DNA from: Leptogorgia sarmentosa | Lineage: Eukaryota | Direction: 5' to 3' | DNA length: 64,000 bases | Assembly (NCBI GenBank): GCA_964658305.1 | Contig: OZ210885.1 | Location: 24,738,001-24,802,000, forward strand | Shown: positions 38,465 to 49,002 of the stretch, piece after piece | How positions within the stretch are numbered: position 1 is the stretch's first letter | Layout of the letters: each line of letters starts with the position of its first letter | The notes under the pieces: model-generated | Seen by the model: the letters and a program-made list of their open reading frames with translations, nothing else | Told to the model about the DNA's origin: nothing | The model's database searches: none | Made by a program: the position numbers and the translations under genes

Positions 38465-40359
38465 TTACAGGGCGTATTGGACAGATGGACCACTTTTCCG
38501 GCGTCTAGTGGGCTGCAATATGGAAGGCGAGGAAGATCTAGGACGTCCAAGTCTTGCAGGGGATGCAGGTGTTCCACGTGTGATAAGGGCTTGGGCCACA
38601 GCTCTCTTGTATTCCAGAACTGATATACGCTGTCTTTCAAGTTTGGAAAAGACTATTTGGGCGTTAACAACAGTCCGATCAAGGTTTCCAAAAAAGATCC
38701 TGTGCCACCACTTTTTGGACTTCCTACTTAGGCCTTGAACTGCGCACAGCATGTCTGCTTTGTCGACACCTCCCATGTATCTATTGTAATCTACAATAGC
38801 AACAGGACAGGGGACTTGTAGCTTCGAACCATCCTTCTGGGTTCTTTGGACTGATGATATACTTGAACCATGAAAATTTGACAACACAAATACGGGTTTG
38901 TTGTCTTGCCACTTGAACAAGATAAGACCACTCTTGGATACACGATAATCCGATTGCCCTCGGTTGAGATCATCCTCCATTCCCACAGGCAGTGCCTTGC
39001 GATTCATTCGGACTGTACCAGCAGCATTAACACCATTTTCGTGTAGGTATTCCATCAAAGGAACAGAAGTGAAAAAGTTGTCGAAATAAACTTCATGATT
39101 CTTGTGGAGTAAGTCAGCAGTCATGCTTTTAACAACTTGCTCACCAAGACCAAACTTGTTATGCTCATGATCTTCCACAGTGGAGCTTTCATTTATACGG
39201 AACATTTCCCTTGGTATACATCAAATTTGCTGATGTATCCATCGGTGTCAGCTCGCACCCACAATTTGTAGCCGCGCTTGATTGGCTTCATTGGATTGTA
39301 CTGCTTGATGGAATGCCGCCCTTTGAATAAGATCATGCTCTCATCAACACTCAGTTTCTGAGATACATTGTACAGTCGGGCATACTTATCATTCATTGCA
39401 TCAATTAGTGGACGCAACTTATATAATTTGTCCTTGTTATTGTCAGGAAGGGCTGCATTGTCGTTTACATGCAGATTTGAAAGGATCTGGGCAAATCTAT
39501 TTCGTGTCATTACGGACGAGACAAACGGGACACTCAAATCAAGATCATTGTTCCAATAATTGGTCCAAGATGGTAGCTTGTGGTACGACATAACCATGTT
39601 GATCCCAAGAAATCCATAAAATTCTTCACGGGTTATTAGTGGGACAGACCGTTCTTTCTGCACGATGTACAAATTTGACTCAAATAGGATTTTGTCAACA
39701 ATGTCATTGTCGAAAAATTGAAAGAACACATCTGCGGGTACATGGCAATTAGTAAAGTGTTCCGACACAGGACCATCTGGAAAGTCAAACGAATTGTTTT
39801 CCAATGGTTTGTCAATCTTTTTCCATCTACGCCTTGCAATTTCTACAAAACTGTTTACCTGTGCCACACTCACATTTTCATTTGCTTTGCAGTTCAGAAT
39901 CCTTTGCAAACTTTTAGTCTGATCTGTTGACAATGGAAAAGATGGATCATTTTCCAACAAATAGTTCTCGACCTTTTTTAATTGTTCATGTGTCTTTTCT
40001 TTCTTTTGTGTACTTGATGAAGCTCTATTGCTATTTCTTGTTGCTTTTGACTTGGTTTTGTTGCTTTTGACTTGCGGTTGTTGCTTTCAACTTGCTGTTG
40101 TTGCTTTCGACTTGCTGTTGTTGCTTTTGACTGGCATATCACTTTCAACATTTATTTTACTAGCGTCATTTTCATCACCAATAGGTATTTCATCATCACC
40201 AATGGGTATTTCATCATCACCAATGGGTATTTCATTATCACCAATATGTATTTCATCATCCTGATTATCCGAATCTGAGATGTCCGTCTCACTTTGGTTG
40301 TCATCTGGGATATCATTCCATATTTCAAAAACTTCATCAAAATTGAAACGTCTCTTCAT
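38465..40359 (-). pseudogene. piggyBac transposase, frameshifted
   Basis: SVDESMI..KPIKRGYKLW, YFDNFFTS, YNRYMGGVDKAD and KWWHRIF give the DDD triad. The acidic N-terminus has 21-bp repeats (IGDDEIP). It is split over three ORFs, and no C-terminal Cys-rich domain was seen. Confidence 0.93.
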
Positions 40360-40872
40360 TGTGAATAGTGATGATCTAATGGTAAAAGTTTAGATTTTTT
40401 AGATGTTATCCAGAGTCAACCAGTAAAAAAACAAAAGTATATTGACAATGCTGAGCAAAAATCAAGTGTATTAAATTTAACTGAAGGAAATACTGATCTA
40501 AAGAATGTACTAGCAAGGTTTTCATCAATTCAATACAAATAAGAGAAATAAACGGGGTCAAATAGGTTTAAAATCTAATATTTAATCAATTGAACCAAGG
40601 TAGATCTCGATAACGAAGGCATCTGATACAGCTTGTCGGGACTTCTAAGTCCCAAATGAAAATTTGCTTATTTTTTATATCAATTTTATGTTATTTATTA
40701 AACATCTTCCTCAGACCTCTTTGTTATAACATAATAAACATATACAAAAATTCCCATGCCTGTAAACAATCGTTAAGATCACAAAAATTGATAAAGAAAA
40801 CTCACCTTGCTCAAATATATCAACCTTCATCGATCGCCATTTTGAATATGTGATAAAAATGCATAGCCAAAC

Positions 40873-43800
40873 CATAGATATAGGAAGCCTAGATTGCTGA
40901 CTCCGTACGAAATGTGTGGCAACTTCTGAAAATCCAAGATGGCTGCTCAACCGGTCAAATTAATAGGAGCTAGTATGGGGAAAACCATGTTTTTCGCATT
41001 TTACGACCGCATAACGTTTCCGATCACCTTCTAGCACCATTTTTTGGAAATAACTACCCGTGCTGAAGGTTTTGGATGAAAATTGTGCAATTTGAATGGA
41101 ATTAACCCCGAAATAATCGATCGTAAAGTGCGGCCAAAACAGTTACTTGCGGACACTTGACTTGGTTCGAGACATTTCAGGTCAAAAATGAAGCTTTTGG
41201 ATAACGTCGAGGTGTTGGAATATTCTATAGGACTTCTGTGAAAGATAAGAAATAGAAAGCCGCGTGTTGGTAGAGAAACAATTCTCACTGTTCCAGTTGT
41301 AGTTGAAAACATTGAATTGTACTTTGTATTTTGTAATAATAAAAAGCTTTTATTGCACGCTTTGTTTGTTTGTGTAATATATTTTGCGTAAGAAAACATA
41401 CTTTAACTGCAACAGGTGTATTTAAACCAAAATTAGTTTGCCTAGACATATTTATACAGAAAACAATCTGAAAACAGTCAGGTTACATGTTCGAATCCAT
41501 TGTCGAGCGAAAAGCGCGCGAAATTCACCTGGATTGTTACTTTAGGTTTGTGCATATCTATTTCGAAGTATTTCAAAAGCTATTTATTTCTTGGTTCTGG
41601 AAAATTATGCCTGAAGCGTGTTCAGCTTATAACTGCAGGGCCAGACGTGGAGATTTAAAAGAAGGTATTGGCTTGTCCTTCCACAAGTAAGTTTGGAAAA
41701 GAAACACTGTGTATATTTACTGACAAAAACAGCAATATAGCAAAGTTTGTTAACATCACATCAGTGAATAAAAAATGTCTTGACCATTTAGATTTCCTCT
41801 GAAAAATCCTCATTTGCTAAAATGTTGGATGATAGCAATGAAATGGCAAGAATGGACACCAACAAAACATTTGGTCCTATGTGAAAAGCATTTCAAAGAA
41901 GAGGACTATGTTTGTACAAAACAACACCAAACGAAGAAATATCTGAAAAAGGATGCCATTCCATCAATTTTTGAATTCCCTCCACATCTTGTCAAGAAGC
42001 ATAGGAAAAGAAGAGCACCCCCACCACCTAAGAAAGCAAGTCCTGCAAAAAAGAAGAAAAAGAATCCTGTTAAAAGTGATCATGCTACATACATCAAGTC
42101 ACCAACAACATTCATAAATAAGTTGAAGAAAACCCTGAAAAAAAAAGAATAACAAAATTAAAGCACTCGGTGCCAAAAACCTGTGCAAAGAAAAAACAAT
42201 CAAGGGTCTTGTTCAAAAATTACAAAAGATGAAAACCATATCTGAAGAACAAAGCCAAAATTTGACGGCAAACTTTCGACACATGACTAGAGATCTTTTT
42301 AAAAATGAGTGGAAAAATCGTATCAAATCAACTGGTTCTAGATACAGTGAAGAGATAAAACAATTCGCTATATCTTTACATTTCTACAGTCCAAAAGCCT
42401 ACAAGTTCGTTCGTAAGTCTCTACACTTACCCAACCCATCTACCATACGTTCTTGGGCCTCGTCAATTGATTGTGAACCCGGGTTTCTCAATAATGTAAT
42501 CGAACATTTACAAAATACCCTAGAAGATGACAATAAAGATTGCATTATACTGATTGATGAAATGGCCATAAAAAAAGAAGTTTTGTGGGATGTTAAAAAT
42601 AAGAAATTTGCTGGAAATACTGATTATGGGCCAATCTTGGCAGAAGAGCAGGACACAATTGCTCACAATGCACTTGTTGTCATGGCAGTAGGGCTACAAA
42701 AGCCATGGAGCTATCCTATTGCATACTTTTTAACTAATCACATGGATGCACCAATGCAAGCACAAATTATCAAGGAGTCAATTAATTCACTAACTGATGC
42801 AGGTCTTGATGTGCATGCTGTAACTTTTGATGGCTGTTCAAAGAATCTTGCAACAGCTAGATGTCTGGGATGCAAGCTAGACAAATTTGATGGCTCATTC
42901 AAACATCATACCAGACCTGATAGAACTCTTTATGTGATTTTGGACATGCCACATGCTAAAACTTGCCCGCAATGCATTAGGAGACAAGGAAATATTTCTT
43001 ACTGATGGTAAGGAAACAATCAGCTGGCACTACATAAAGGAGTTGTTCAACGTCCAACAATCTGATATCTTGCATCTGGGAAACAAGTTGAAAAATGTTC
43101 ATATCAAATGGCACAACCAGAAGATGAAAGTTGCTGTTGCCGCACAAACACTGAGCAGTTCTGTTGCAGCTGGAATGATGTACCTTCGCAGCCTGAAGAT
43201 AAAACAGTTTGAAAATTGTGAGCACACTGCTGAATTCATTCAAAACATTAATGATATCTTTGATATTCTTAACACAAAAAGTAAGTTTGGCAAGAGGTAC
43301 AAGAGACCTTTGACCCTTGAAAATTACAAGGAGCTACAACAAACTCTTCACGATATCATTTCCTACTTGAAAAAACTGAAAGATGTGGATGAAACAAAAC
43401 TGGTTGATGGACGACGAAAGACATTCATCCTTGGTTTTGCTGTGTCTGCTAATTCAATCTTGGCAATAGCAAAAAAGCTGTTGAGCAGAGAACATAATAA
43501 GTTTGAATATGTACTTACCTATCGGTTTTCACAAGACCAAGTAGAAATGTTCTTTAGCAAAATCAGAAGTCGTCTCAGCTGGAATAACAATCCGAATGCT
43601 CTACAGTTCAAATGGGCCCTTAGAGCACTACTTCAAAAGAACCAAATCACAGCTTCTGAAAAAGCAAACTGTACTGTAATTGAAGAAGAGAAAATGGATT
43701 AAGAAATGGGCAATGTTGATATTAGAATTGCAAATTCCTTAAACTGTTCTACAATCTGGAGAGATGATGTTTTGTCTTACATTGCAGGGTACATTGTAAA

Positions 43801-44657
43801 GAAGATTACAGTTTGTATCAAATGTCCAGAATGTGCAATTGCTTTGGTGGCAGTTGATAACAGCCAGTCAGCCTTACCTGATCATTGTTATAGTTCAAAT
43901 TCCCAATGTAAATCACCAAGCTTGATCACCTTCAAGAGTTATGGAAAATTGGTAACACCATCTCAATCAGTCGTTAAAGTGGTTACTGCTACCGACCGAA
44001 AGCTTCGTGCATTGTTTGGTGATAATTGGTCATCTCTGAACAAGAGGGCACTATCAAGCTTGAAATCCGATGTCCTGCAAGAGGTGAAAGCCACTTCTTT
44101 CGAATGCTTGGAGCAGCACTCCCGCGAAAGTCATGTACTCGACGAGCAATTTCGTGAAGATCATATTACAATCATCATCAACAAAATAATCGATTTGTAC
44201 GTTAAAATATTTAGTCATCGTTTCGGGAAAGTATATACCGACCGAGTTGTTCGGGAAGGGAAATCTTCGAAGAGGCCAAAGTTAACCAAACTTATTCTTT
44301 TTGGCAACGATTAATTAAAGAAAAATAAATCATTTTACCGGTTGATAGGCTCAAACGTCTCGAATTAAGTCAAGTAACTGTTTTGGCCGCACTTTACGAT
44401 CGATTATTTCGGGGTTAATCCATTCAAATTGCACGATTTTCATCCAAAACCTTCAGCACGGGTAGTTATTTCCAAAAAATGGTGCTAGAAGGTGATCGGA
44501 AACGTTATGCGGTCGTAAAATGCGAAAAACATGGTTTTCCCCATACTAGCTCCTATTAATTTGACCGGTTGAGCAGCCATCTTGGATGCTCATGTTTGCC
44601 ACATGCGTCCGCATATAATTATTCTACAGTCAGCAATCTAGGCTTCCTATATCTATG
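40873..44657 (+). mobile_element. P-superfamily transposon nested in piggyBac
   Basis: Outer TIR CATAGATATAGGAAGCCTAGATTGCTGA plus an inner ~215-bp inverted repeat. 8-bp TSD AGCCAAAC lies at 40865-40872 and 44658-44665. Confidence 0.96.
41607..44314 (+). pseudogene. THAP9-like P-element transposase
   Basis: THAP domain MPEACSAYNC..FHK|FP (intron 41687-41791)..LCEKHF, then YSPKAY, IDEMAIK, TFDG, D-x-x-HMLKLARN, KMKVAVAAQ, SQDQVEMFFS and C-terminal YIAGY. At least two frameshifts and one stop. Confidence 0.94.
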
Positions 44658-45545
44658 AGCCAAACATTACATATTCATATTCGCTCCCAGGCTTTTCATA
44701 TTAACACACTATTTGTACCTGCATGTCCTCAGAAATATCTGAGTACCCTAGCAGATCCTCTGGCCACTGTTTTAACCTGGGACTTTAAAGTCCCGTCGGT
44801 AAACAAAGGGTTAAAAGGAATTATATTAAAAGGAATTATATTAAAACGAATTGTATTGTGTGTAGTACTGGCAAAACCCGGGTTTATAGTATTAATAGTA
44901 ATGTTTTGTGTGAATGCCTGGGCCGTAGTGATTGCCAATTATCACCGGGCCCTGTCCCTTGGTTTTCCGTTGAAAACTCGTAGTTATGTTTCATCAGGCC
45001 CCAAGCATAACTGGGAAAGCACGTTTCTAACCTGCTAGCTGGTCTTGGAACGACGTGCTCGCATATTGGGTGTTAGGTTTAACACATTGTGGTTGGTGTG
45101 TGAGTGTATTTATTTTTCGTTGACGAGTGGTAGGTGGTTTTAATCGTGATTCGGATGATGAATGGCTGTTTGTGTGTTCGGTCATCCTGCTGCGTCGGTA
45201 TGATAGATGGCGAATTAATTACGTTTGTTAACTGTGATAACAAGTAAATTGTGATAACAAGTAAATTAGAAACATGTTGACCCTACTTGGTTCGATCTCT
45301 TGGGACGGAGGTTGATCCTTTCAAGTCTTCGAGGCAGAAGCTTCGCTTTTCGCAGTCTTGGTAGCTTAGAGTACGGAAAATCTTTGCGCCTGTTTGCTTG
45401 CCGCGTGGTATGTAAATGACGTGTGGAGTGACGTATTGGAGGGCCTGGGGTCGGGTTTATTGCAACGGTAGAACTGAAAAACTTATAAGGCAGTTGAGGG
45501 ACCGACTCTGCGTGCTAAGGGTGTTTTTAAGCGTTCGGAATTGAT

Positions 45546-46130
45546 GGTTAGGGTCAGATTAAGGATTGGGTTGGGGTTATGTCGAGGGTGTGTTTGAGGG
45601 TTAGGGTGGAATTGGTTAGGGTCATATTAAGGATTGGGTGGGGGTTATGTTGAGGGTGTGTTTAAGGGTTACGGTGGGATTAAGGATTGGTTTAGGATTA
45701 TGTCGAGGGTGTGTTTAAGGGTTAGGGTGGAATTGGTTAGGGTCAGATTAAGGATTGGGGTTATGTCGAGGGTGTGTTTAAGGGTTAGGGTGGGATTGAG
45801 GATTGGGTTGGGGTTATGTCGAGGGTGTGTTTAAGGGTTAGGGTGGAATTGGTTAGGGTCAGATTAAGGATTGGGTTGGGGTTATGTTGAGGGTGTGTTT
45901 AAGGGTTAGGGTGGGATTGAGGATTGGGTTGGGGTTATGTCGAGGGTGTGTTAAAGAGTTACGGTGGAATTGGTTAGGGTCAGATTGAGGATTGGGTTGG
46001 GGTTATGTTGAGGGTGTCCTGAAGGGTTCGGATTTGATTGGTTAGGGTCAGATTAAGGATTGGGTTTGGGTGACGACAGGGATCCATTTAGGTTGGAGGT
46101 GGTTAGGGTCAGGTTTAGGGTTTGGGTTAG
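45546..46130 (+). repeat. Degenerate telomere-like (TTAGGG-containing) minisatellite within repeat X
   Basis: ~68-bp unit GGTTAGGGTCAGATTAAGGATTGGGTTGGGGTTATGTCGAGGGTGTGTTTAAGGGTTAGGGTGGAATT interspersed with ~53-bp variants. A shorter copy lies at 10072-10225 on the opposite strand. Confidence 0.88.
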
Positions 46131-47278
46131 ATTTCGATTGAGGGGATCGGTGGTAGTTGCATTGTGTGGTGCTTCCTCTTGGAACGATCATGGGGCATAG
46201 AAAGAAAAGGGGAAGTTGGAGTTGTGCAAGTGGAAGCAGGCGTGATGATGGTCTAAGGGTTTAGGTGCAGGATTTGGATGGGGGTTGGCTTTAAGGTGTA
46301 GTTTTATGACTTGGGATGGATCGGTTGGGGTCAGGATTAGGTTTTGGGATAGGGTGTGATTTGATTTGGACACATTTATCCGATTGATCGTGGTTGTTGA
46401 TACAACTACCAGAACAATTAAGGGTTAATTTCTAAATTTCCAATTTTCTACATCCTATGAACAGTGGGAAGGCACCCACATCCAGATTCACACAAGCACA
46501 CAGCATGCATTATCACTATGTGAGATTTCCCACCATGTATTTCGCATACAAATTACATTACGCATACAAATACAAATACATTAATTAAATTTATAAGCTC
46601 CTCACTTCTGTGGCGAGTTCTAGCCGATGTTCTCAGGTTAGCAGTTCAGTTCTCAGGCTAGCGGTACAATTATCAGGTTAGCGATACAGTTTATCCTTTG
46701 GTTTGAATTAATCCGCCTTCATAAAACAGTAAACGTAAACCCCAATTTTTACTACAAAAACAACAACAACGTGCTCACGTCACGTGACACAAAAATCCCA
46801 TCGCTCAGAACGAGCTGCGTCAACAATAACAAACGATTCTCACCCAATGTTTAACCTCCACACGCCATGCGATCCAATTGAAGCATCATTATGGCAAGCC
46901 AAACGTGACAAAAGCGTGTCGAGAATATAAAGCGCTTGTCGAGAATATCAACCTATGTATGAGAATACCAACCAATATGTGAGATTTATTCAATATATAG
47001 GTTGAGAATTTCACACAGTGCTCGAGAAAATCTGATGTCACAGTCGAGATTTTTACATATTGTCGAGAACTTCCCATAAGGTCGAGATTTTCCCATATGG
47101 TCGAGAATTATTCCAATGGGGTCGAGATTTTTGACAGTACAAATGTACAGCGGTTGACAAAGAAATGATTAACGTTCCCTGAAACTTCATGTAGTAATTA
47201 ATATTTATATATTCATCATTCAATATATTCATTGCACCATCATCAGACATCAATTCTTAGTATTTCTGCAGTATTTCA

Positions 47279-48757
47279 ATGGAGGCTATGAACGATACAG
47301 ATAAACTTAGATGTTTTTTTCTTGATCTGGAGACGCTCTTAGGTCGTACTCAACACGTTATAGAGAATAACGACGCAATGGGTGTGGAATATTGCAAAGT
47401 CAAGTGGGAAAACTACATTTCAATTGTAGCAGCTATGTCTGCTGCCTTGTCGGATCACGCCATTTTAACGCATTCACAGCAAGATGAAGGTAGTTTATAT
47501 GATTTGCTTGATGATTTGCTCACATCAATGGAGCAACAACTTGCAAAAGTCACACTTGTTACAGATACACTTCCTGTCAGAAACGCTACAGAGGTTGTTA
47601 ATGTATGCCAAACTATGCCGAGCTCTGGAGGAAGACCTGCTTTTGATATATCAAAAGACCAAATTGAGGTACTCAGAAGTACTGGCATGAATTGGAAAGC
47701 AATCTCAAATTTTCTTTGTGTGTCAGAACGAACACTTAAAAGAAGAAGAGAAGAATACGGTATACAGCCTACGTTTTCCAAAATCAGCGATGAGGATTTA
47801 GATGAGCAAGTCAGACAAATCCTTTGCCTGACCCCATACAGTGGCGAAACCTATGTAAGAGGTGGTTTAAAAGGCAGGCATATATTTGTGCAAAGAGAAA
47901 GAGTACGGCAAAGCATATATCGTGTTGATCCTATTGGAAGAAGTATAAGGAGACGTTATTCAATTTGCAGAAGAGTGTATAATGTGTCTGGTCCTAACCA
48001 TCTCTGGCATATCGACTCTAATCATAAATTAATATCACAAAGATTTGTAATACATGGATGTATTGATGGTTTTAGCCGAATGGTCATATATTTGAAGTGT
48101 TGTACAAATAACAAAGCTGATACTGTTCGTGAGTACTTTGAAAAAGGAGTAGAGGAATTTGGTTTACCATCACGAGTCAGAGTAGAGAATGTGGATGTGG
48201 CGCGCTTCATGGTTGCTAATAGAGGGACAGGGAGAGGAAGCTTTATAGCTGGGCGAAGCGTACACAATCAGCGCATTGAACGCTTATGGGCAGAAGTAAA
48301 TCGAGTCTTGTCTGCTCTTTATAAAGACTTGTTCAAATTTATGGAAAACACTGGACTTCTAGACTCTCTTAGCGAGGTCGATTTATTTGCACTGCATTAC
48401 ATTTATCTGCCATGCATAAATGCGTCGTTGACTGAATTTCGGTCACAGTGGAATAACCACGGCATAAGAACGGAAAATCACCAGCCACCACTAGTGCTTT
48501 GGCAAAGTAACATTCATTGTCTTCCTGATGACCCTGGTGGACCCATAGAGAGCTATGGAGTTGACCATGAAGGTCCTTTGCCAGAAATTAGTTCAAATAA
48601 CAATGTTATTGTGCCTGAATGTCTCCAGCTAAACGAAGAGCAGTATCACGAGCTTCAGCAAAGGGTCAATCCCCTGGCAGAGGATGGTAATAATGGCATT
48701 GAACTTTTCTTAGCAACAGTAAATTTAGTCAACGGAATGTTTCTTACAACAGAATAG
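47279..48757 (+). CDS. IS3EU integrase-core transposase (open frame, second catalytic Asp deleted)
   Basis: 492 aa: GGRP-HTH region, [40 protein letters not shown] lacks the GDQG seen in the paralogue at ~63390. Confidence 0.88.
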   Translation: MEAMNDTDKLRCFFLDLETLLGRTQHVIENNDAMGVEYCKVKWENYISIVAAMSAALSDHAILTHSQQDEGSLYDLLDDLLTSMEQQLAKVTLVTDTLPVRNATEVVNVCQTMPSSGGRPAFDISKDQIEVLRSTGMNWKAISNFLCVSERTLKRRREEYGIQPTFSKISDEDLDEQVRQILCLTPYSGETYVRGGLKGRHIFVQRERVRQSIYRVDPIGRSIRRRYSICRRVYNVSGPNHLWHIDSNHKLISQRFVIHGCIDGFSRMVIYLKCCTNNKADTVREYFEKGVEEFGLPSRVRVENVDVARFMVANRGTGRGSFIAGRSVHNQRIERLWAEVNRVLSALYKDLFKFMENTGLLDSLSEVDLFALHYIYLPCINASLTEFRSQWNNHGIRTENHQPPLVLWQSNIHCLPDDPGGPIESYGVDHEGPLPEISSNNNVIVPECLQLNEEQYHELQQRVNPLAEDGNNGIELFLATVNLVNGMFLTTE

Positions 48758-49002
48758 ACATAAATAACATGTACATATGTGTAATACAATTGAATCTTTA
48801 CAGCATAGTAACAGTATTGCTGTAGTTGCATGAGTGCAAATACTGTAAATTTCAACAAGTCATCAGCAAGTCTGTTTTCAACCGTCCAACAAAAACATCT
48901 TTACTTATTCAACAATATCAACACAAGATCCAGTAAAGTCAACAAATGTTTCAGTCTATGCTAGTAGTTTTAGTTTTTTTATGTGTATTGTGGCAAGCAA
49001 GA

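Larger units (their letters stand above)
38344..44810 (-). mobile_element. piggyBac transposon
   Basis: TTAA|CCCTTTGTTTACC ... GGTAAACAAAGGG|TTAA (13-bp TIR, TTAA TSD), with a piggyBac transposase inside. Confidence 0.96.
38141..46399 (-). repeat. Unclassified repeat X, copy 2 (inverted; split by piggyBac at a TTAA)
   Basis: 38141-38343 and 44811-46399 are the reverse complement of 10072-11165 and ~4000-4247. Confidence 0.87.

Noticed and set aside
41607..44314. Domesticated host genes (THAP9, PGBD, ZMYM1, PIF1, a host HECT ligase)
   Set aside because: All are disrupted and/or enclosed by TIRs and TSDs, so no host gene symbols were assigned.
44850..45475. Ordinary methyl-CpG decay or fungal RIP as the cause of the C->T tract
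   Set aside because: The changes are one-stranded and frequent outside CpG, with no CpA-specific context.
45546..46130. True telomere or telomerase RNA
   Set aside because: The repeats are degenerate 53-68-bp units inside a dispersed element, not pure (TTAGGG)n, and no single template domain is apparent.
46889..47253. Duplicated peptide ORFs (MGSSRQYVKIST...) at 46889-47253 and 51304-51853
   Set aside because: These are translations of the two IS3EU TIRs.
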